Part shown: in pieces, positions 1 to 8,199 of the stretch | How positions within the stretch are numbered: the stretch's first letter is position 1 | Layout: each line of letters starts with the position of its first letter | Source of the DNA: Anaerolineae bacterium | Lineage (GTDB): Bacteria > Chloroflexota > Anaerolineae > DRVO01 | Reading direction: 5' to 3' | DNA length: 36,651 bases | Assembly: GCA_028275325.1 (NCBI GenBank) | Contig: JAPWUW010000002.1 | Span: 1 to 36,651 of the forward strand | Notes under the pieces: generated by a model | Seen by the model: only the letters and a program-made list of their open reading frames with translations | Databases searched by the model: none | What the model was told of the DNA's origin: nothing | Position numbers and translations under genes: made by a program

Positions 1-161
1 CCAGAGGAGGCTCCTGCGGGAGCTCCTTGAGCCGCTTTTTGAGCTGAAGGGTGAGCTCATTGCGCCTGCTATACCTGTTGGGAGCGTTGTTGCGCAGTCG
101 TACATGGCGGGCAGGAGCCTTTTTGACTTTGCGCCCTCGCACAGGGTGACAGGAGCTTTCG

Positions 162-536
162 TTGAGCTTGTGCGCCATGTTGTGGGGGTTCTTGAGGGGA
201 AGGAGGGATTGGATGGACAAGGACGGGCGGGAGTTGGTGCGGGAGCTTCTGTGTGGGAGCGAGGTGAGGCGTGAGGAGAGGCGGGAGGGGAAGCCGAAGG
301 CCTATGCGATAAGGGCGAGGGGGGAGACGATGGAGCGCTTTCGTCGTCTTGCGCGGGGTTACGAGCTGCCGCAGGAGGAGATGCTGCGGGTTTTGATGGA
401 TGTGTTTGAGCGGTGCGTGGGGAGCGGTGCGGTTGAGGTGCAGGTGCGCTCTGTTGTGACTGGGGTGACGACGCGGGCGAGCGTTAGCTACAGGGGTGTG
501 CTTGCGCGCGGTAGGGGCGAGGGGAAGGAGGGCTAG
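162..536 (+). CDS. hypothetical small protein, possibly ribbon-helix-helix-like DNA binder
   Basis: ORF track, 124 aa. The segment KPKAYAIRARGETMERFRRLARGYELPQEEMLRVLMDVFER has the strand-helix-helix look of CopG/Arc-type proteins. It sits in a visibly G/purine-rich stretch unlike the rest of the window. It overlaps another open frame (2..274) entering from the left edge, so the true frame is unresolved. Confidence 0.3.
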   Translation: MSLCAMLWGFLRGRRDWMDKDGRELVRELLCGSEVRREERREGKPKAYAIRARGETMERFRRLARGYELPQEEMLRVLMDVFERCVGSGAVEVQVRSVVTGVTTRASVSYRGVLARGRGEGKEG

Positions 537-575
537 TCTGAGGGGGTCCTCGGTTTTGTTTTGGTCTTGCTGCTT

Positions 576-649
576 GTATTGCATGGCTGTTATACCCGGG
601 TCAATACGTGGTGTATAACGGGCACGTTATACCCCACGTATTACATGGC
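576..649. repeat. cluster of inverted and direct repeats in a non-coding gap
   Basis: Read directly. AATACGTGGTGTATAAC (603-619) and GTTATACCCCACGTATT (626-642) are reverse complements with one mismatch and a 6-nt spacer. A third GTTATACCC copy lies at 589-597. GTATTGCATGGC (576-587) is repeated as GTATTACATGGC (638-649). Confidence 0.75.
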
Positions 650-714
650 CCTTCTGTGATGGCCGTTTTTGGGGGCTTTGTGCGGCAGCGCGACCGATTG
701 CACCTGAGTGTGGG

Positions 715-748
715 GAAATGGCCCCAGCGCGGGAGCTGGGGCCATTTC
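715..748. other. perfect 14-bp stem / 6-nt loop hairpin (GAAATGGCCCCAGC gcggga GCTGGGGCCATTTC)
   Basis: Read directly; the arms at 715-728 and 735-748 are exact reverse complements. No U-tract follows. It lies ~90 nt upstream of the DegT start at 840. Confidence 0.7.
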
Positions 749-839
749 TGGGCCGGTCCTGTAGAGTGGTTTGAGTGCGGGGAGCATCAAAGCCGTGGGC
801 ATAGGAGAGATGCAGATGAATGGTGGGGCGCGCACGGGC

Positions 840-2054
840 ATGCGTGAGGACGAGCGCAGGGAGATCCTGAGGCGGGGCCCTTCCGGGCGGGTGGACCAGG
901 GGCTGATTCCCTTTGGTCCGTGGTACACCGAGGAGGAGATCGAGGCGGTTGTCTCGGTGATGCGGGAGGGCAACAAGTACTGGGTTGGCTTTGGGAGCGC
1001 CCCTTACGTGCCGCAGTTCGAGGAGGCCTTCGCGGCGTATGTGGGCAGCAAGTACGCTGTGGCCGTCAACTCCTGCGGCACGGGGCTGGACATCGTCATG
1101 AAGGCGCTGGACATGGAGCCGGGGGATGAGGTGATCACCACCCCCATCACCTACATCGCCACGACGCATGCCATACTTGCCGCCGGCGGCAGGCCTGTCT
1201 TTGCCGATGTGGGGGAGGGCACCTTCAACATTGACCCGGAGGACGTGGAGCGCAAGATGAGCCCGCGCACGCGGGCGATCCTGCCCGTGCACAACAACGG
1301 CCTTTCCGTGGACATGGATGCGCTGCTTGAGGTGGCAGAGAGGCACCCGCACCCCAAGTTTGGGCCCGTGCCCGTGTTTGGGGATGCAGCGCGCGCCTGC
1401 GGCGCCGGCTACAGGGGGACGAAGGTGGGCAAGCTGGGGGCGGCCAACATCTTCTCCTTCCAGACCTCCAAGAACATGACCACCCTTGGCGAAGGGGGCA
1501 TGATCACGACAGACGAGGACTGGTTGGCCAGGCGGGCGCGGCGGCTGCGCAGCTTTGGCTGGGAAGCGGGGGAGCTCATCGAGCCCGGGTTCAACTACCG
1601 CATGACGGGCGTGCAGGCGGCAGTTGGGCTTGTGCAGCTGCGCCGGCTCGACGAGATGAACGCCAGGCGGCGGGAGCGGGCGCAGCTTCTCACCAGGCTG
1701 CTCAAGGAGGCGGCGCCAGAGATCATCACGCCCTTCGAGCCGGAGGGCTACTACCACATCTACTACGGCTATACCGTGATGGTGCCCAAGGAGTGGGCGG
1801 GGCAGAAGCGGGATCGCTTGCTGCAGCTGCTTGCCGCTGAGTACAAGGTGGGCACGGTGGTCATGAACCCGCCGGTGACAGTATACCCCATGTTGCAGAG
1901 GCTTGGCTACCGGCCTGAGGACACGCCGCGCGCCAAGGAGCATGGGGAGCGGCTCTTCTGCCTGCCCATGCACCCGCTCCTCACCGACCAGGACCTGGAG
2001 TACATCGCTGCCGCCGTCGGCGACGCCTGCTCCAGGCTAGAAAAGATTGACTAG
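840..2054 (+). CDS. DegT/DnrJ/EryC1/StrS-family PLP-dependent aminotransferase (copy 1)
   Basis: ORF 771..2054; I prefer the ATG at 840. Family-typical blocks are AVNSCGTGLDIVMKAL, GDEVITTPITYIATT, and the PLP-lysine block FSFQTSKNMTTLGEGGMITT followed by FNYRMTGVQAAVGLVQL. Third-codon positions are strongly G/C. Confidence 0.85.
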   Translation: MREDERREILRRGPSGRVDQGLIPFGPWYTEEEIEAVVSVMREGNKYWVGFGSAPYVPQFEEAFAAYVGSKYAVAVNSCGTGLDIVMKALDMEPGDEVITTPITYIATTHAILAAGGRPVFADVGEGTFNIDPEDVERKMSPRTRAILPVHNNGLSVDMDALLEVAERHPHPKFGPVPVFGDAARACGAGYRGTKVGKLGAANIFSFQTSKNMTTLGEGGMITTDEDWLARRARRLRSFGWEAGELIEPGFNYRMTGVQAAVGLVQLRRLDEMNARRRERAQLLTRLLKEAAPEIITPFEPEGYYHIYYGYTVMVPKEWAGQKRDRLLQLLAAEYKVGTVVMNPPVTVYPMLQRLGYRPEDTPRAKEHGERLFCLPMHPLLTDQDLEYIAAAVGDACSRLEKID

Positions 2055-2065
2055 GAGGCAAGATA

Positions 2066-3166
2066 ATGGTCAAAACCATGCGCTGCCCCCAGTACTTCGT
2101 CGTTGGCGCAGGCGCCTGCGCTGAGGTGGGCAGGCACGGCAAGGAGCTTGGCGGATCGCGGGCGCTTGTCATAGGCGGTGCGCGGGCAATCGAGGCGGTG
2201 AAGGGCGTTTTGCTGCCCTCGCTTGAGGCTGCCGGCATTTCCTTCCACGTGGAAAGCGGCGAGCACGTGCGCAAGACGCTCTCCTCGGTGGATGCCCTGA
2301 CGGCTGTGGGGCGGAAGGAGGGCGCGGACCTGCTAATTGGCTGCGGCGGCGGGGCGGTGATGGATTGCGGCAAGGCCGTGGCGCACGAGCTCAAGGTTCC
2401 CTACATCGCCGTGCCCACTGCCGCCTCGGTGAACGCCGCGGGCACAAACAGCGCAACTATCGAGGGAGATAGCGTCCCCAGGCGCTACTGGTACCAGGCC
2501 GTGGACGTGATCGTGGCCGATACGGCCATCATCGCTGCCGCCGGGGCGCGCTTTCTGGCCTCGGGCATGGGGGACGCCCTGCCCTCCGGGTATGGGGCGC
2601 AGCTTGCCCTCTGGCGCGGCCGCTCGGAGGCCACGGCCACAAGAGTTGCCCTGGCGCAGCTTTGCACCAGGACCATCCTGGAGGAGGGCGCGAGGGCCTA
2701 CCGCGCCTGCAAGCGCGGCGTGCCCGTGCCGGAGCTGGACCGGGTGGTGGAGGCGATAATCCTCTGCTCCGGCCTGGCAGGGTTTGGCATGCCCGGGGAT
2801 CATGTCCTGCACCCGGCGGGGATGCCCCAGTGCCGCCGGCGCGCCATTCACGGCGAGTGGGTGGCCTTCGGCTTCCTGGTGCGCCTTGTGCTGGGAGGGG
2901 AGTTCAACTCGGAGCTGCCGGGGTTAGTCCGTTTCCTGCGCTCGGTGGAACTGCCGACAAGGCTTGCCGATTTCGGCCTGGAAGGCATCACCAAGGAGGA
3001 CCTGCTTGAGGAGTGCCAGCGCATCGTCGGCCCGAGCGGCAAGGCCGAGTACGACCTGGGCAGGCCCGTCACGGCCGAGGAGATATGCGAGGCCATGCTG
3101 GAGGTGGATTGCCTGAGCCGAGCGCTGCCTCAGGACCTGGATGAGGAGCAAGCATCATGCAGCTAG
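2066..3166 (+). CDS. glycerol-dehydrogenase-like (iron-containing ADH / DHQS-like superfamily) polyol dehydrogenase
   Basis: AGGAGG sits 7 nt before the ATG. The sequence is collinear with GldA-type blocks: GCGGGAVMDCGKAVAHELKVPYIAVPTAAS, VIVADTAIIAAAGARFLASGMGDAL (metal Asp) and AIHGEWVAFG (metal His). Confidence 0.75.
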   Translation: MVKTMRCPQYFVVGAGACAEVGRHGKELGGSRALVIGGARAIEAVKGVLLPSLEAAGISFHVESGEHVRKTLSSVDALTAVGRKEGADLLIGCGGGAVMDCGKAVAHELKVPYIAVPTAASVNAAGTNSATIEGDSVPRRYWYQAVDVIVADTAIIAAAGARFLASGMGDALPSGYGAQLALWRGRSEATATRVALAQLCTRTILEEGARAYRACKRGVPVPELDRVVEAIILCSGLAGFGMPGDHVLHPAGMPQCRRRAIHGEWVAFGFLVRLVLGGEFNSELPGLVRFLRSVELPTRLADFGLEGITKEDLLEECQRIVGPSGKAEYDLGRPVTAEEICEAMLEVDCLSRALPQDLDEEQASCS

Positions 3167-4260
3167 ACAAGGTGCCGGGGGAGTTTCGCGTTATCCGCTG
3201 GGGAGTGAGGAGCTTTCGCGGGGATTACCGGGGTGTGGCGCTGGGGGATCCGCAGGGCGCCCGCCTGCAGGAGCTCAGGAAGGAGTTTGCGCTCGACGAT
3301 GTGATCCGCGGGGCAGGCTCTGAGTTTGCGGCGCTGCTTGCGCTCAAGCGGTGGGTGAGGAGCCGCTGGAACCACGGCTACGACCACTACAAGTTCCAGG
3401 TCGATGACGGCCTGGATATGCTGCGGGCGGCGCAGAAGGGAGCTAATTTCGCCTGTGGGTACTATGCGCGCACCTTTGTGGACTGCGCCTGCGCCTTGGG
3501 CTTCCCGGCGCGCATGGTCAGCATCAGCGTGGAGCACTGCGAGTTCCCGCGCGACTACAACTACGGCAACGTGGGCCACGCTGTGGCTGAGGTCTGGTGC
3601 AACGATCACGAGAAGTGGGTGCTGATGGACCCGGACCTCAACGTCTACTACAGCCGCGGTGGCGTGCCGCTCTCAGCCCTGGAGATTCGCGAGGCGTGGC
3701 TTTCGGGCTGCGCGGATGAGGTGGAGGTCGTCGCGGACGAGCCGGGCTTCGTCATTCCGGGTGAGGACCAGGCCGAGGTCCTGCGCGGTGACCCTCTCTA
3801 CGCCCATTTCACGGCGCAGACGCTTGTGCACCTTTTTGAGCGCTTCAACCGGCACCGCAACCTGGACTACTACGTGCGCATCAATGTCGGCGGCTGGGAT
3901 TGGGTGGACGAGCGGGTGCTGCCGACTTTCGTGCACCACTTCGCGCCGCGCGCTGCCAGGCCGACGGGCAACGCCGACGAGCTTTACCCGAGCCTGAACA
4001 TGGTGCGCCTGCAGCTTGAGCCGAGGTGGGATGAAGAGGGGGCAGAGCTCCTCGTGCGCTTCGAGCACTGCATGCCCTGGTTTTGCCACTTTGAGCTGAG
4101 CGTTGATGGTGGGCCCTGGCAGAGGTGCGGCGAGAGCTACACCTGGCGCATGCACGAGGGCGTGAACCGGCTGGCAGTGCGGCCGGTGAACGTCTGCGGC
4201 CGAGTTGGCATCACAAGCGAGCTTGCGGTGGCTTACGCGAGCCCGCAGGTCAGGTGGTGA
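3157..4260 (+). CDS. transglutaminase-like superfamily protein (Cys-His-Asp core) with C-terminal beta-rich domain
   Basis: The core reads ANFACGYYARTFVDCACALGFPARMV ... GHAVAEVWCNDHEKWVLMDPD, matching the C/H/D spacing of transglutaminase-like cysteine peptidase/amidase folds. It overlaps the upstream gene by 10 nt. Confidence 0.65.
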   Translation: MQLDKVPGEFRVIRWGVRSFRGDYRGVALGDPQGARLQELRKEFALDDVIRGAGSEFAALLALKRWVRSRWNHGYDHYKFQVDDGLDMLRAAQKGANFACGYYARTFVDCACALGFPARMVSISVEHCEFPRDYNYGNVGHAVAEVWCNDHEKWVLMDPDLNVYYSRGGVPLSALEIREAWLSGCADEVEVVADEPGFVIPGEDQAEVLRGDPLYAHFTAQTLVHLFERFNRHRNLDYYVRINVGGWDWVDERVLPTFVHHFAPRAARPTGNADELYPSLNMVRLQLEPRWDEEGAELLVRFEHCMPWFCHFELSVDGGPWQRCGESYTWRMHEGVNRLAVRPVNVCGRVGITSELAVAYASPQVRW

Positions 4261-4264
4261 GGGC

Positions 4265-5197
4265 ATGGCAAGTGGCGAAGGGGGCAAGCTTCTGTACCTT
4301 GTCGTGAGCATGGATTGCGAGCGGGTGCGCTCGGAATCCTACTACGGGGATGGGACGGATTCCTGGCAGACGAGCGAGCGGGCGATCTTGGGGCTGGCGG
4401 AAATCCTGCAGGCTGAGGGGCTCAAGGGCACATTTCTTCCGACGCCGGCTACGGCGGCAAAGCATGCCCAGCTCTTCCAGGAGCTGCACCGGGCGGGCTT
4501 TGAGGTGGGCATGCAGTTCCACTGCGACTCCTTTCGCGATGGGGAGTACCGGCAGCCGCTTGGTGCCTACAGCCGCAGGGAGCAGGAGGAGATCCTGCGG
4601 CTTGCCAAGGAGGACTGGGAGCAAGCGCTGGGGATGGAGCTTGTGGCCTACCGCTCCGGCTACCTCTCGGCAAGCGACGACACCTTCCCAATTCTCGCGG
4701 AGCTAGGCATCAAGCAGACCTCCTGCAGCAAGCCGGGGCGGCACGTCCCCTCTCGCTCGGCCTGCTGGCTGGGGGCGACGCCCTACGCGCACCGCGCAAG
4801 CGCCAGATGCCGCCTGGAGCCGGGAGAGCTCGACCTTGTGGAGGTGCCCGTGAGCTCGCACCCAGCGGAGCGTTTCTCCCTGCGCGAGAGCTTTGACCCG
4901 ATGGACGCCAGGCCCGATCACGCGCACCCCTTTCCTGCGTATGCCGGCCTTGTGGATGCGGTGCTGTGGGAGCTTGCGCTGCTGCAGCCGCCGGTGAAGA
5001 GCTTCGTGGTCCTTACCCACAACACGATAGACTACACGGATCGGCAAGAGAGGCGAACGCGGACGCTCCTGCGGCTTTTGCGCTACATCAAGGCCAGGGA
5101 GGAGGATGGCTGGCAGGTCGTGCCGGCGACGCTTGCCCTTGTGCGCGAGGCGCTCCTGCGCGCTGAGAGGGAGCGCGACCAGGCCCCGGCCAGGTAG
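4265..5197 (+). CDS. hypothetical protein, possibly divergent polysaccharide-deacetylase-like (beta/alpha barrel) fold
   Basis: ORF 4205..5197; the ATG at 4265 lies 2 nt after the upstream stop. The N-terminal pattern LLYLVVSMDCE ... GLKGTFLPTP ... GFEVGMQFHC loosely resembles the strand/metal motifs of deacetylase-type barrels, but the canonical CE4 motifs are not intact. Confidence 0.4.
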   Translation: MASGEGGKLLYLVVSMDCERVRSESYYGDGTDSWQTSERAILGLAEILQAEGLKGTFLPTPATAAKHAQLFQELHRAGFEVGMQFHCDSFRDGEYRQPLGAYSRREQEEILRLAKEDWEQALGMELVAYRSGYLSASDDTFPILAELGIKQTSCSKPGRHVPSRSACWLGATPYAHRASARCRLEPGELDLVEVPVSSHPAERFSLRESFDPMDARPDHAHPFPAYAGLVDAVLWELALLQPPVKSFVVLTHNTIDYTDRQERRTRTLLRLLRYIKAREEDGWQVVPATLALVREALLRAERERDQAPAR

Positions 5198-5204
5198 AGG
5201 AGCC

Positions 5205-6386
5205 GTGCTCCGAACGCAGGACTACGTAGCCATTGCCGCCGAATACTTCCAGGCGCTGCAGCGGCAGGCCGAAGGCCTGCTCGGCCTCGTGTTGCGCGGC
5301 CCGAGGGAGGACATTGTCCCCGGCACAAGCGACATCGACATGCGCCTTCTGTGCGGGGAGGGGGTCGATTGGGTTGCCCTGGACCAGGCGGTGGCCCTCG
5401 TTCACCGGCAGTTTCTTTCCCGTGGGCCGCAGTATCGCCGTCTCCTCGAGCACCCCCCTGGTGCCTGCCATCTCCTGGGGGAGTGCCTGGACGCGCGACT
5501 TTATCTGCCGGAGATGCGCTGCTGGGATTTGGTCTGCGGCGACGAGGCCTCCTGGCGGGCACTCTGCGAGCACCTCGAACGGCTGCCCTGGTCGGCGCGC
5601 GATGAAGCGCACTGGCTCGGGGTTTTGCGCGCTGCCATTGCCCACCTCGAGGAGGAGCAGGAACTCAGCGGCTTGCCCCGCCACAGGAGCCCCGCTGCCC
5701 TGCTGTTGCACTGGTTCCTGCCCGCCCTGCAGGCAGCGCTCAGCCTCTCCAGGGCGAAACCCATCCGCGGGAGGAGGGAGGCCCTTTATCTTGCCCTGGA
5801 GGAGCTGCCGCCCAGCTGGGCCCTGGAGGAGGCGAAGGTCGCCTGCGAGGACCCGACCAGGCTGGATGGGCCAGCCGACGAAGCAGAACTCAGGGCTCTG
5901 AAGCAGGATTGCTTGCGGGTGCTGCACTCGCTTTGGCCGGAAGGCGGGCGCGCAACTCGCTGTGCCGAGAGCGGGGAGGCGCAGGAGCTTCTTGCCCTCT
6001 ACCAGGCGGTGCGCTTCTTCCGGGTGCGCCGCAGCCACTACGCTGTTTTTCTTTCCCAGCCGCAGGATGAGGAGAGCGATTACCTCATCCGCAACGAGCT
6101 CAGCACCCTCAAGGATCTCTTCCTGGCCAGGCCACTCTCGGCCTACGCCGCCTGGCGCTGGGGCAGCCTCAGCGAGCAGCCCGGATCGGTGCTGCGGCGG
6201 CTCGGGCAAGAAGGCTTCCCCGCAGCGCAACTTGAGGCTGCCCGCCGCTTGCTCGAGCTTGCCTGCGACGATATGGGCGCCGAGCAGGCGCGCGCTGCCC
6301 TTGCGGAGGCCGCACAGCTGTGGGAGCCGTTCCGCGAGCTTCTTGAGGACCTTTTCTCGTTTTGCTGGGGGGCAGGCCGTGGCTGA
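5205..6386 (+). CDS. putative nucleotidyltransferase-fold protein with long helical C-terminal region
   Basis: GTG at 5205 is preceded by GAGGAG. LVLRGPREDIVPGTSDIDMRLLCGE resembles the G[SP]-x(8-10)-SDIDxxL signature of minimal Pol-beta-type nucleotidyltransferases (ANT/AadA-like). Codon position 3 is G/C-rich in this frame, unlike the antisense ORF 5088..6449. Confidence 0.45.
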   Translation: MLRTQDYVAIAAEYFQALQRQAEGLLGLVLRGPREDIVPGTSDIDMRLLCGEGVDWVALDQAVALVHRQFLSRGPQYRRLLEHPPGACHLLGECLDARLYLPEMRCWDLVCGDEASWRALCEHLERLPWSARDEAHWLGVLRAAIAHLEEEQELSGLPRHRSPAALLLHWFLPALQAALSLSRAKPIRGRREALYLALEELPPSWALEEAKVACEDPTRLDGPADEAELRALKQDCLRVLHSLWPEGGRATRCAESGEAQELLALYQAVRFFRVRRSHYAVFLSQPQDEESDYLIRNELSTLKDLFLARPLSAYAAWRWGSLSEQPGSVLRRLGQEGFPAAQLEAARRLLELACDDMGAEQARAALAEAAQLWEPFRELLEDLFSFCWGAGRG

Positions 6387-6411
6387 GCGCAGCAAAGAGT
6401 TTGGAGGCTCC

Positions 6412-7185
6412 GTGCATCCGCTTGAGTTCGTGGACGTCAACTGCGCCATTGGGCCCTACTACAATCCGCCGCCGGAGTACGACCCTTCGGCGCAGGCGCT
6501 GCTTGCGCGCATGGATGAGCTGGGCATAGCCGAGGCCTGCCCTGTGGCCCTCATGGGGCGAGATTACAGCCCGTGGGAGGGAAATCTCTGGCTGCAAAAG
6601 AACCTGCCGGCAAGCCCCAGGCTGCACCCGGTGTGGGCGGTGGCGCCGCACTACAGCGGCGAGTTCCCTGCGCCTGCAGAGCTCCTTGAGCGCATGGCCG
6701 CAGCCGGCGTGCGCATGGTGCGGCTCTTCCTCTCCGGCGTTCTCAGCTTTCTGGACAGGCTGGACTTGCCCGTGCTGCGCGAGCTCTTCGACGCCCTGGC
6801 GGCACATCGCGTGCCGCTTCTCCTGGACTGTTACGACCCCCTGCTCCTGCACGCCCAGGAGCTTGAGCCGCTCCTTTCGAGCTGGCCGCAGATGCCGGTC
6901 ATCTTGCTTTTGCCCAAGGTGGTGCAAAACGAGCGCTGGTTTCACTACCTCTGGGAGCGCTACGACAACCTCTACCTTGAGCTCTCCGGCTACCAGGTAC
7001 TTGGAGGGATAGAGAACATCTGCCGCCGCTTCGGCCCGGAAAGGCTCCTTTACGGCTCCCGGTACCCCTACTTCACGCCTCTGCAGTCCATGCTGCAGCT
7101 CATATACAGCGATATCGACGAGGCATCCAAGAAGGCCGTCGCTGGCGGGACGGCCAGGAAGCTCTTGCGGGAGGTGAGGCTTTGA
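6412..7185 (+). CDS. amidohydrolase-related TIM-barrel protein lacking the N-terminal HxH metal motif
   Basis: GTG at 6412 lies 4 nt after GGAGG. Its FVDVNCAIG sits where amidohydrolases carry xDxHxH. The later layout (RMVRLF, PLLLD, NLYLELSG, RLLYGSRYPY) parallels the downstream amidohydrolase. Confidence 0.5.
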   Translation: MHPLEFVDVNCAIGPYYNPPPEYDPSAQALLARMDELGIAEACPVALMGRDYSPWEGNLWLQKNLPASPRLHPVWAVAPHYSGEFPAPAELLERMAAAGVRMVRLFLSGVLSFLDRLDLPVLRELFDALAAHRVPLLLDCYDPLLLHAQELEPLLSSWPQMPVILLLPKVVQNERWFHYLWERYDNLYLELSGYQVLGGIENICRRFGPERLLYGSRYPYFTPLQSMLQLIYSDIDEASKKAVAGGTARKLLREVRL

Positions 7186-7964
7186 GCGCGTTGCGGGCCA
7201 GGGCCCTTGCGGGGGAGAAACTCTCGGACGTCCTGATCATCGACTTTCATGTCCACCTGCCCGGCCCCTGGGCGGGGATGGCCATCCCGGTTCAAACCGG
7301 AGAGCACATGCTGGCTATAGCGGAGCGCGTGGGGGTCTTGCGGCTTGTCGTCTTCGGTGCCATACACCCCGACCTGCGCGCGACGAACGATGCTGTCGCG
7401 GCGTTCATGCGCCGCTACCCGGAGCGGGTGGTGGGCTTTGCCACCCTCAACCCTTACCAGTTCGACATGGTCGCGGAAGCGCGCCGCTGCTTTGATGAGC
7501 TCGGCCTGAAAGGGGTCAAGCTGCACTCCATGCATGAAGGCCCACATTCGCCGCGGCCGATGAGCTCCTACAGAAAGGAATGGGAGCGGCTTTTTGCCTT
7601 TCTTGCCGAGCGCAAGGGCCCTGTCATCTACCACGGCGTCGTGTCGGAGGAGATGGTTAGGGCGTTTCCGGAGGTGCCATTTGTCATGGCCCACGGCGTG
7701 GGAGAGGTTCAGGCGATGGAACGCCTGCAGGACTGCCCAAACTTCCACGTGGACACGGCTTCGACCCAGAACCCGGCCTGGGCCATAAGGCGTGCGGTGT
7801 CCATCCTGGGGCCAAAGCGCGTGCTGTGGGGCACCGACGCGCCCCTCGATGATTTCGCCCAGCGCCTGGGAGTCGTCCTCGATAGCGGCCTCGAGGAAGA
7901 GGCTATCCGCCACGTGCTCGGCCTGAACGCAGCGCGGCTGCTGCAAATCGGAGGCGCAAGCTGA
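7182..7964 (+). CDS. metal-dependent amidohydrolase (amidohydrolase-2-like TIM barrel)
   Basis: The TTG start overlaps the upstream stop (TTGA). Motifs are IIDFHVHLP (HxH), GVKLHSMHEG, VIYHGV, FVMAHGV and RVLWGTDAPL (terminal Asp). Confidence 0.7.
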   Translation: MSALRARALAGEKLSDVLIIDFHVHLPGPWAGMAIPVQTGEHMLAIAERVGVLRLVVFGAIHPDLRATNDAVAAFMRRYPERVVGFATLNPYQFDMVAEARRCFDELGLKGVKLHSMHEGPHSPRPMSSYRKEWERLFAFLAERKGPVIYHGVVSEEMVRAFPEVPFVMAHGVGEVQAMERLQDCPNFHVDTASTQNPAWAIRRAVSILGPKRVLWGTDAPLDDFAQRLGVVLDSGLEEEAIRHVLGLNAARLLQIGGAS

Positions 7965-8199
7965 CCAGACGGCCGCAAGCTCTGTGCATCGCCTCGCGCG
8001 CCCAGGCCAGGAGGCTTTTCCCGAAAAAGCGCCAGGGTGGGCGGCGCCCCCTTTTCCCGCAGCCAGGTTGCCCTCGTGCCCAGGGCACCAGCAGCTTGCA
8101 CCGACACCGGCGGGCCATCGCTTCACCGGCAGGCTCAGCCTGCAGAGCCTGGCAGTGTCGCCGTCGGTTCCCCTGGCGGCGGGCATGAGCGGTGGAGTT

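Noticed and set aside
69-584. 171-aa Pro/His-rich minus-strand ORF at the left edge.
   Set aside because: It has a low-complexity, proline-rich translation with no start context. It is antisense to the purine-rich stretch, so I take it as a compositional artefact.
627-1973. Very long antisense ORFs covering real genes. Examples are 627..1973, 5088..6449, 16915..18312, 24303..25889, 25555..26709, 26740..28470, 27875..29677 and 31582..32691, all on the minus strand.
   Set aside because: They mirror + strand genes that have clear family motifs and G/C-rich third positions. Their translations are Arg/Pro/Gly/His-rich and carry no recognisable motifs. Stop-poor antisense frames are expected in GC-rich DNA.
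8013-8060. Weak hairpins after the amidohydrolase gene (GCTTTT cccga AAAAGC, then a GC-rich patch followed by CTTTTCCC) as an operon terminator.
   Set aside because: The stems are only 4-6 bp and AT-rich or imperfect. They are not distinguishable from chance by eye.
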